A stretch of DNA of 64,000 nt from positions 3,090,201 to 3,154,200 of the forward strand of contig NC_092670.1 of assembly GCF_964355755.1 (NCBI RefSeq), in the 5' to 3' direction. The stretch comes from Antedon mediterranea. Lineage: Eukaryota > Animalia > Echinodermata. Positions 41,961 to 51,800 of this stretch are shown in pieces (within the stretch, counting starts at the first letter, position 1; every line of letters begins with the position of its first letter). The position numbers and the translations under genes are program-made. The notes under the pieces were generated by a model. It was given only the letters and a program-made list of their open reading frames with translations, ran no database searches and was not told the DNA's origin.

Positions 41961-44197
41961 TAAAATATATCAGTTATTTTAAAGTTTGCTCCAGGTTTTT
42001 AGTGGCACTTAACAGATCATGATTTAGTAAAAGGCAAATATGATAAATGTACTAAAAGTACTTGTATGTATAGGACTATTGTAGTATTATAATGTTGCGC
42101 TAATGACCTAAATAATGAATAACATAATACACTCTGGCATTACTGTAATTTTGATACTTCTTATACCACGATAACAATTGACGATAAATAGCTAAACATA
42201 TTATTTATAGAACACCTCCACATTGTAAATGATGAGGCCTATGGCATGGTACATAAATGTGGCACATACAATTTATTGATATTATTGTGCTACTCCATTC
42301 CCATCGCGAGACTGGTGGCTTTGTTTTCAACTAATATTATTATTGAGTTTTTTTTCAGTTGCATTTAATCATTGGGGATTGTTGACATTATATTTGGCTA
42401 TTAACTTTGGTTCCGTTAAACCTTACAATTCTGTTGTTTTTCATTTGCAGTTGTTAATGTTTGATTAGTGTACTTGGCACAACTGTACGTTATTGTGATT
42501 ACAGTAGAAAGGTACGGTAATATTAGTATGGTTCACATTGTTAGAATATTAAGTACAGATCGTGTATTGTGTTTAAATAAACGGCCTGCAGCATTTTAAA
42601 CTTATAAAAAGGAGCGTTTATTAGCGGTGAACTGTACAGTCATACATAGGGCTTTCAAAGCCTAAATACCAAGGTGCATCGCAGAAAATAAGCGAAAGCT
42701 TTTTTTTTTTGGTCTTTTGTCTTTAGTTTTGATTTTATGTATATGAAAAAGAACAAACAAGAAAGAAAGACAATAAAGATTATACATGGAAAAAAAGTCA
42801 CAATCAAACGTCATCATTTCCATACTAAACTACTTACTGCACCTAATTAACCCAACCAGGCCTACTAGATGAGCATTTCTATTGAATTACTACATCCTAT
42901 GGTGTATCGACTTGTTTTTCAAGACCACATGACAAAGACTACATCAAAATAAGCGCTCACCGTTATTACCTTATCACAGCTGCACAACACCGGGACTTCC
43001 TGTGCTGCCTATTATTTGTAAACAGGAGAAACCTATATTTATTAGGTATGCATGGACTGTTATATGCCAATAACATCAAAAATGGAGGAGGGAAGATGTG
43101 GCGTTTATAAGACCCTTCAATTTCTTTGGTCATAATGAAAATGGTACTTCAAATTTCATTATCATATTTCAAAATTGTTTTATAAAGGTGGTTTAGATAC
43201 TGTCGGTGAGGTACATCATTAGGGACTGCTGCATTGTATTTGGCTATGAAAAATTAGTTTGCACGGAAACATCTAATTATTCCGTTCTTTTTCCCTTGCA
43301 GGTGTGTGACTCGTGCAACGGAAGTTTGATACGGTAAGTGTACGAAATACAGGCAATTTCACCTTTACCTAACTTTGCTTAAGTCCCATATTTGCTAAGG
43401 CCACATTTCTTTCTAATTACCAATTCCTTACTGCAGTTTACCTTTCACAGTATATAATTATCGCCTGTAGGAGGACCATGCTTAAAGTAGTTATTAAATA
43501 AACTGAATTCAATATTCTAAACCCATGTATAACGTATGTATCTTGCGAACGGGGACATCAATTTGATTTACTATAACAAATAAGCAATAAATATAGAATA
43601 ATATCTACGGTATCTATTAAACACTGTATAACTTACATTTCAAATTGTCATGATAAAACAATACAATATAAATAATTGTGTGTTGTGTAATAATAATAAA
43701 CCTATATGAAATAAATAAAACAAGTCTCAAGTGCTTACCAAAGAGATGTCTGCGTAACAAGTGAAGCTATAGCTATAGCTCAATTACTGTGATTACTACT
43801 GTACTAATAACCTTCTAAGTAAGCCATAGTACAACTACCATTTCTATTGGTGGTCAGCCAACTTTAGGCTTCAAAGTAACCCTTTTATGTTTACGTGAGC
43901 CTAAGCTACCTACACCCACATTAACATAACACATATGGTTGGCCACTTGCCCACTGGACACCCTTCAATTGATCCAACCACAAACTACGGCTTGGATTGT
44001 CTCTTTCACAATGTTAAATAAACCAAATTGATTATTGTTTTCATTTTATTTTCCAGTTTTGAAAACCCGATCTGCCAAACTTTGGAAGACACAGCACACA
44101 TAACCACAATTAAAGCCAACTAAATATAGAAAATAAACAAAAACATACATACAAATTAATTACAAGTTAATACAAGTAAATACAGTACAAGTGAAGA

Positions 44198-44468
44198 CAA
44201 AGTGAACAAAGAAAAACTGAACAAAGAAAACTGAACACAGAAAAAGTGAACATAGAAAAAGTGAACATAGAAAAAGTGAACATAGAAAAAGTGAACATAG
44301 AAAAGTGAACATAGAAAAAGTGAACATAGAAAAGTGAACATAGAAAAGTGAACATAGAAAAGTGAACATAGAAAAGTGAACATAGAAAAGTGAACATAGA
44401 AAAGTGAACATAGAAAAGTGAACATAGAAAAGTGAACATAGAAAAGTGAACATAGAAAAGTGAACAAA
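44198..44468 (+). repeat. Minisatellite, 15-16 bp unit (GAAAAGTGAACATA), ~17 copies
   Basis: Directly visible tandem repeat. Confidence 0.95.
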
Positions 44469-44494
44469 CTACAGAAAGAGTGAGCAAATTTTCA

Positions 44495-44697
44495 GAACAA
44501 GTGAACTAATTTTCCGAACAAGTGAACTAATTTTCCGAACAAGTGAACTAATTTTCCGAACAAGTGAACTAATTTTCCGAACAAGTGAACTAATTTTCAG
44601 AACAAGTGAACTAATTTTCCGAACAAGTGAACTAATTTTTAGAACAGTGAACTAATTTTTAGAACAGTGAACTAATTTTTAGAACAAATGAACTATC
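44495..44697 (+). repeat. Minisatellite, 20-21 bp unit (GAACAAGTGAACTAATTTTCC), ~10 copies
   Basis: Directly visible tandem repeat that shares the AGTGAAC core with the adjacent array. Confidence 0.95.
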
Positions 44698-44789
44698 TTT
44701 TGTAGCCATACGTAACGATTTTTTGTAGCATTTTTGCAGAATAAATAAATTAGTAATTGTTATAGAATTTGACTTGTTTATTATACATA

Positions 44790-47700
44790 ATGGATACACA
44801 ATTGATAACTGTTGTTGTTACTATGTTGTTTTTAATGTTGTTGTTAATGATGTGGTGTTTATGTAAGAACCATACAGACGTTACAAGTAAAGAGTACAAC
44901 AATGACAACACACCTGGTAAAGTTAGTAATAGCATTATATATACAACCGAGGTTACAGATGTACCTGATCAATGCTGTTTATCTAAAAATGTCAAGGACG
45001 TAAGCACTCTCAACATGGACAAAAAAGATACACGTAATGACATTTGTGAATTCATTAAAGAAATAGTTGATGATATTGTAAATGTTTCTTCTTGTACAGC
45101 GGTCGCCTCTGAGTTTAAGAAATGTGGCCTATGTAATATTGAATATACAGCAGACGAAAATTATGTGTCATGTGATTGTTGCAGTAAATTTTACCATGTG
45201 ACATGTGTAAGACAAATGTTTGAAGGCAAACTCTGTGATTCAAGAGTAATTTGGATCTGTTCAATGTGTGGAAATAGTAATTTTGCAAATAATATGTTGG
45301 GTGAGATAGGTATTACGTGTCATTTTAATAGGTATATGATTCTACAACATGACGAATCTAACGCTAACTTTGAAGAATTTACGGAAAATGAACAGAATTG
45401 GAAGTCCAACCAACGGAATTTAACAAAGGCTAACACCAACTCACAATGTCAACAAACAGAAAGTGAAAATGTACTTGGTAGAGAATGGATTAAGGTAAAA
45501 TCCAGGAAAAATACCAGTATCAGAAAACAAGGGAAAAAAAAAAGGGGAAATAAAAACAAAAGGAGGCGTGTTATAAATGGTACAATTATTGAACTAGGTG
45601 TAACATATATTGGTAAATCTGTCCACGATTACTATGAAAAACGAAAAAAGAAACTGCATGAAAAGGTGGATAGAGAAAAAATTCCAGACAATTCACAAAC
45701 AATACTTAATGAAAAGGTAGATGTTGATGTACATAACTCTACGAGTGATGCATCAGGTATGACGACAATAACGAACACCATACAACAACTTTCTGGTGGT
45801 GGTTTGAACACGAAACAGCCACGCAAAAAAGGTCGTTTTGTCAAAAAGTCAATTAAAATAAAATCACAAGAGGATAATACTAACAATAACATGGAGGAAA
45901 GCATTAGTACAAATTTAATTTCAGATCACTTAGGTAACGATGGCAAATCAAACATAAAATGTAATGAAGACAACGTCTACATAACAGCTAGTGATAAACC
46001 AAACAGTAATAGCAAAATAAATCAACTAAGATTAGACAGTAGTTGTGATGTTACAGATCATGAAGTATTAATAATTGACGAGGAACAAACAAAAACCTAC
46101 AACGAAACAATTAGGGAGAATACACAACCTACAAATACATTTAAACAATACAATATGACTGATGATAACAGTGTCGATATTACAATTTCAACAAATGCAT
46201 ATGAAATATCTGATGATAATACGAAACACGTTGCATCATTTAAGCAATACAACAGTGATGTAAACCCATGTAATAGTATTACTAATAATAGAACTATAGC
46301 ACAGGGTAGTTTTAATCAAGGGAATCCTAGATTTGGCTATGCACGTGGTAAACAGTGTGTTGCAAATAGTCTGGTAGCTATTCTTTATTCAACAAAGAGG
46401 TATGGCAATGAATTTCACACAAAAGACCTTGATACAATATTGACGCTTGGAAATGAATTGTACTACTATATTCAAAAAGATTCCACTATGGATGAGGACT
46501 TATTGTTGATATCTGAACTGCCGAAAGAATTGGATATTTTGGATAACACATTTGTTATATCTCCCAATGAGTCTGTGTTTGGCAAAATAGATGGGAATCC
46601 CGAATTTATGGCTGAATATGGAGGAATGTCATTACATCAAGCTCTTGAACAAACATTACACAACCACGATGCATGTTTCATGAATTTTAACTCCAGCACA
46701 TTTGCTGTTATTAAACGTGTAAATGGCTTCCTCATATTTGATCCACATGCAAGAGATCGATTTGGTTGTCTTAGTGAACGTGGAAAGAGCATTTTACTTT
46801 ACAGTACTTCTTGGCAAGGTGTATACAGTTATTCCTTCAAATTAGCAAGATCAATGAACTGTAACTTACATGATACGGAGTTTGAACTGACTGGTGTAAA
46901 TATTCAAAATAAATCTATGGTTTTATGTTCCACTCCTTCTGTCATATTAGATAATAATTATGAACAAAACAACTCGGAATATTCCGATATTCATGTACCT
47001 AGTACGTCTTGTCAGCATAGTACCTCGACATTACCCGTCAAGAATATCGAAGACAAAGCACATGGTAATAAAAAAGATCACGTATCAAAAAGTAATACAT
47101 GGCAAACTAATGACGACATTGAAATTGTTAATGTTCAATATAGAGAAAGACAAGATAAGAATTTCAATTTTGTCCCCGTTTCAGCAACTCAAAAAACAAC
47201 CGTTTGTAATAAAATAGGCATTAATAGTAAAAACTCTGATAAGAATGTTGGTATTATCAACGTCAGTCACATTGGACATCCTCTACAAATTAAGCAAATT
47301 ACTGGTGATGGTAATTGTTTTTATCGTGCAATTTCATACATTATTTCTGGAACAGAACATAATCATTTTATTTTAAGAACAGCAATTGTTCACCATTTAT
47401 TGGCAACTGATGACTTGTTTAGCAATACATTAGGTCATGAATACAGAACAGTGAAGGAATATGTGTTTAAGAAAAGAGTAATGGATAATGGAACATGGGC
47501 TTCCAATACTGAAATTAGTGCAATGGCAAACTTGCTTAACATAGATATTTATTCATTCAATGATCAACTTTTGACTTGGCAACTGTTTTCTGCCAAAAAA
47601 CCAGGTAGAATAAATTATGTTACAACTGACAATGGTATATATATTCTGTACACCAGAAATGTGCATTTCAATGTAGTGGAATCTGTTAATGTAAATTGCA

Positions 47701-48602
47701 GTTACCCCCACGAAACCATAACAATTATGGATAGCAATCATGCTGATATCTCATCAGAAATGAAAAATTGTACAAAACATGAAAATAAACAAAAACGAAA
47801 GAGACCGAACCCAGGTCATAAAGTGCTAGAAGACGGTATAAGACAACAAGAAAAACGATTTAAAAATGATGAAGACTTGACTTCTAATAACAAAGTGGAG
47901 ATATCAGTAAAGAAAAAGGGTTCACCGGACAGAAGTAAAAGGCAAGTTAACAAAACCCGATTTACAAATAATGAAGGACTTTGTTCTAAAAACAAAGAAA
48001 CAGTACCAAGAAGAAAGAGAAAAACATCGCAAACAAGGCAAAGACACAACAATAAAATCCAAATGAGGATGAAACGTTTAATCGAAACTACAACGAATGT
48101 AGACAACAAACAAAACGTTACAAAGAAATATAATGCGAATGCCCAACGACATAAATATGAAAATGATTCTGTATATAGAGAAGAAAAGAAAAGTAAAGTT
48201 AAAGAGGCACAAAAAAAAAAATATGCTGATGATATTTATAAATTTAACAAAAGAAAGGAAAACAGAGAAAGACAAAAGAAAGCGTACAAATGTGACCCGA
48301 AATATAATGTTAGGGTACGAAGTAGGTCAAGAAAACATTATAACACTAATTTGAATTACAGAACAAACAAAATAGCAAACCTTCAGGAGAGATATAAACT
48401 TAATGAAAAATTTAGACTACATTTGAAACAACACAATAAAACTAAATATCAAAATAGTAATTACCGCAATATTTTTAAGAACAAATTGCAAGCAAAGTAT
48501 TGGAGAAATTCAAAATTCCGCGACAGTTGTAAGCAGAGGTTTACAGAAAAATACCGTAGTAATTCTAAATTCCGTCAGAATTGTAAGAACAACTTCACAT
48601 AA
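44790..48602 (+). CDS. Helentron RepHel polyprotein, N-terminal part: hydrophobic TM/signal segment, PHD finger, herpes large-tegument-like cysteine protease/deubiquitinase, OTU protease, basic repeats
   Basis: First ATG at 44790. Motifs: ITVVVTMLFLMLLLMMWCLC; C4HC3 PHD CGLC..CDCC..FYHVTC..WICSMC (~45123-45270); QGSFNQG..GKQCVANSL...FDPH (~46300-46750); GDGNCFYRAIS...GTWA...HF (~47300-47670). Ends at a TAA in frame with the next ORF. Confidence 0.88.
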   Translation: MDTQLITVVVTMLFLMLLLMMWCLCKNHTDVTSKEYNNDNTPGKVSNSIIYTTEVTDVPDQCCLSKNVKDVSTLNMDKKDTRNDICEFIKEIVDDIVNVSSCTAVASEFKKCGLCNIEYTADENYVSCDCCSKFYHVTCVRQMFEGKLCDSRVIWICSMCGNSNFANNMLGEIGITCHFNRYMILQHDESNANFEEFTENEQNWKSNQRNLTKANTNSQCQQTESENVLGREWIKVKSRKNTSIRKQGKKKRGNKNKRRRVINGTIIELGVTYIGKSVHDYYEKRKKKLHEKVDREKIPDNSQTILNEKVDVDVHNSTSDASGMTTITNTIQQLSGGGLNTKQPRKKGRFVKKSIKIKSQEDNTNNNMEESISTNLISDHLGNDGKSNIKCNEDNVYITASDKPNSNSKINQLRLDSSCDVTDHEVLIIDEEQTKTYNETIRENTQPTNTFKQYNMTDDNSVDITISTNAYEISDDNTKHVASFKQYNSDVNPCNSITNNRTIAQGSFNQGNPRFGYARGKQCVANSLVAILYSTKRYGNEFHTKDLDTILTLGNELYYYIQKDSTMDEDLLLISELPKELDILDNTFVISPNESVFGKIDGNPEFMAEYGGMSLHQALEQTLHNHDACFMNFNSSTFAVIKRVNGFLIFDPHARDRFGCLSERGKSILLYSTSWQGVYSYSFKLARSMNCNLHDTEFELTGVNIQNKSMVLCSTPSVILDNNYEQNNSEYSDIHVPSTSCQHSTSTLPVKNIEDKAHGNKKDHVSKSNTWQTNDDIEIVNVQYRERQDKNFNFVPVSATQKTTVCNKIGINSKNSDKNVGIINVSHIGHPLQIKQITGDGNCFYRAISYIISGTEHNHFILRTAIVHHLLATDDLFSNTLGHEYRTVKEYVFKKRVMDNGTWASNTEISAMANLLNIDIYSFNDQLLTWQLFSAKKPGRINYVTTDNGIYILYTRNVHFNVVESVNVNCSYPHETITIMDSNHADISSEMKNCTKHENKQKRKRPNPGHKVLEDGIRQQEKRFKNDEDLTSNNKVEISVKKKGSPDRSKRQVNKTRFTNNEGLCSKNKETVPRRKRKTSQTRQRHNNKIQMRMKRLIETTTNVDNKQNVTKKYNANAQRHKYENDSVYREEKKSKVKEAQKKKYADDIYKFNKRKENRERQKKAYKCDPKYNVRVRSRSRKHYNTNLNYRTNKIANLQERYKLNEKFRLHLKQHNKTKYQNSNYRNIFKNKLQAKYWRNSKFRDSCKQRFTEKYRSNSKFRQNCKNNFT

Positions 48603-48850
48603 AAGTACCGTACCAATTCCAAATTCCGTCAAAGTTGTAACAACAAGTTCACAGACAAGTACCGTAGTAATTCGAAATTCCGTGAAAGTTGTAACAACAA
48701 GTTCACAGACAAGTACCGTAGTAATTCAAAATTCCGTGAAAGTTGTAACGACAACTTTTCAGAAAAGTACCACAGCAATTCCAAATTCCGTGAAAGTTGT
48801 AACAAAAGATTTCAAGAAAAGTATCATAATGATTCAGAATTCCGACAAAA
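48495..48850 (+). repeat. Coding tandem repeat, 54 bp / 18 aa (KYRSNSKFRESCNNKFTD), ~6.5 copies
   Basis: Visible in DNA. It spans the TAA at 48600-48602 and stays open in frame to 48867. Confidence 0.9.
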
Positions 48851-48866
48851 TGTTGTAACAAAAAAC

Positions 48867-51800
48867 ATGACACATCGTAAAAAAAAGAAAGGAGAGAAAC
48901 GTAATTTTGAAATTGTTTTAAAACAATTTCGCGAAGAAATTTCTTATGGTCCTGAATATATTTGTTGTGTATGCTTTAAAATGTTATTCAAAAATCAAGT
49001 TCTAAAATGCACAAAAGCGAAATACGAAAATAGAACATGCATAAATGAAAAATACTTGCATATTTGTAACAGTAAATGTAACACACCTTGTCAATTTGCC
49101 AACTCGCCAAGAGGATATCTATGGATTTGTTTTACATGTCATAGGAAATTACTTAGTGGAAAAGTTCCTGCAGAAGCGAATTCAAACAATTTAGAACTAC
49201 ATGAAATTCCTCCAGAGCTAAACTGTTTAAACAATTTAGAGCAGCATTTGATAGGATTAAATATTCCTTTTATGAAATTAATGAATTTACCCAAGGGTGG
49301 ACAACATGGAATACATGGACCAGTTGTATGCGTACCATCGAATACAATTGAAACTGTAAAAATTCTCCCTAGACCGCAGGCTGACGACCAATTAATATCT
49401 GTAAAATTGAAGAGAAAGTTGTCTTATAAAGGTTATTATCAATATAAATTTGTAAAAACAGGCAATGTTATTCGAGCTCTTGAATATTTACAAGATCACA
49501 ACAAATGGTATTTTGATGTAGCTATTGATGAACACTGGCACAATTATTTATCGAAAGAAAATATAGTAACAGCAACTGCTAACGTAGATGATCAACAAAC
49601 ATGTGAACAAAACAGTGGCGTAGACAACAATGCAGAAGAATTAGAGGACCGATTGTGTGGTGTTGCTTTAGACACAAGTCTACAACCTGTTGATATCCGA
49701 CAAAATGTGGTTGATGAATATTTCCGTGATATCATTTGTTGTGCGCCATGTGAAAATAACAGCCCTATTGCATTGATAAACAACGAAAGTAACGAAGGAA
49801 AATCATTTCCAGTGTTATTTCCAACTGGGCAACCAACTTTTTACGATACCAGAGATGTTAAAATAACACTTGGTCGATATTTACTCAATAGATTAATGCA
49901 TGTAGATAACAGGTTTGCCAAAAATACAGAATTCATATTTTATGCTCAATCTATATACGAACTTCAACAAATTTTAGGGAGTATCTCTATAGCGTTGCGA
50001 AAAGGGTCAAACAAGAATGATTTCAGTAAAGTAACTATATCTGATTTAAAGAATACGACCAAAATTGAAGAGATTTTAAAATCTGATAAAGGTTATAAAT
50101 TTCTAAAACAAATACGTGGTACTCCACCGTATTGGCAAGTAACACAGAAAGATGTATTAGCAATGGTTAGACAAATTGGGAAGCCAACATTCTTTCTTTC
50201 ATTTTCGAGTGCTGACTTCCGTTGGAAAGAAATAATTACCACATTATTAAGTCAAACAGGAGACCAAAGAAACATTGATGATTTAGAATGGACAGACAAA
50301 TGTCATCTGCTAAAATCAAATCCAGTAACTGTTGCCAGAATGTTCGACAAACGTTTTCATACCTTTTTGAACCAAGTTATTTTATCCGAGGCACATCCTA
50401 TTGGAAAAGTAATAGATTATTTTTACAGAGTAGAATTTCAAATGAGAGGAAGTCCACATGTTCATATGTTGGTTTGGGTAGAAAATGCTCCTGTATTTGG
50501 TGACGATGAAGATAAAAAAGTTATCAATTTTGTTGATAAGTATATTTCTTGTGCTGTGCCATGTCCAATTGCAGATTCTGAAATGAATGAAATTGTTACC
50601 AGTGTACAGATCCACAGTAAAAGACATTCCAAATCGTGTAAGAAGAAGGGAACAAATTGCAGATTTAACTTTCCAAGACAACCTTCTGAAAAAACATTTG
50701 TCATGAGACCTACAAGTGTGGACAAAACCAATGTTGATAAAACAAATAATGATACCAATGCTAATAAACAAGCGGAAGAATTATTAACCTCGGTAAAAGA
50801 TGCTTTGATGAATGAAGAAACGTATCAAAGTGCGAAAGACCTTTTTACAAGTTTAGATACTACTCAACTTGCATATGAATATGCAAATAATTGTATAGCC
50901 ACTAAAGAACAGATTGTTTTAAAGAGAAACCCTCAAGATGTGTGGGTAAATCAATACAATCCCTCCTTACTTAGAGCATGGAATGCTAACATGGATATAC
51001 AATATATAACAAGTGTGTATGCATGTGTCACTTACGTTGTATCATATATGTCGAAAGCTGAAAGAGAAATGGGCTTACTTCTATCTCATGCAGCAGCAGA
51101 AGTGAAAGAAGGAAATGAAAACGCTAGACAAAGTTTAAGTAAACTTGGTCATGTGTATATGAACAATAGAGAAGTGTCTGCCCAAGAAAGTGTTTATCGT
51201 GTATGTGGATTGAGATTGAAAGAATGTTCCAGAAAAGTTGAATTTATACCAGTAGGACCTAATCCGGTTAGAATGAGTTTACCACTAAGTGTAATTAAAA
51301 ACAAAGTGGACGACAGTGGGAGTGCATGGTTACCAAATAAGCTTGACAAATATAAAGCTCGACCAACAAGTTCTGATTTTGATAAAATGTGCCTTGCAAC
51401 ATTTTGTTCTCATTTTAGAATGATAAGTTCATCAGAAATGAAAGGAAAGGCACAGAGAAAGAACGTATTTCAATTACAAAAACATCTAGGATTCATCCAA
51501 AAAAGAACAAGAACTGATAATGCTATAGTAAGGTACCCTAGGTTTCCAGTAAAAACAGCATCTGAAAAATACTTTATGAGTATATTGCAGTTATTTTTGC
51601 CATTTCGAACAGATAAACAGTTAAAACCACCTAAATTTCAAACATATCAAGAATTTTATGAGGAAGGATCTGTCAAATTATGTGACAGTAACTTACAAAA
51701 AGTATATTCTATAGTTGATGAAAACATGCGACAGTATGACAAAAGTGCTGATGATATTGAACATGCAAAAGAAGTTTTAGCAAAATTTGGACCACAAGAA

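Noticed and set aside
44156-44487. Three overlapping - strand ORFs of 97-106 aa
   Set aside because: They are translations of the 15-bp minisatellite.
46300-46900. Herpesvirus insertion suggested by the tegument-like protease
   Set aside because: No other viral genes are present, and the domain is fused in frame within a Helentron ORF.
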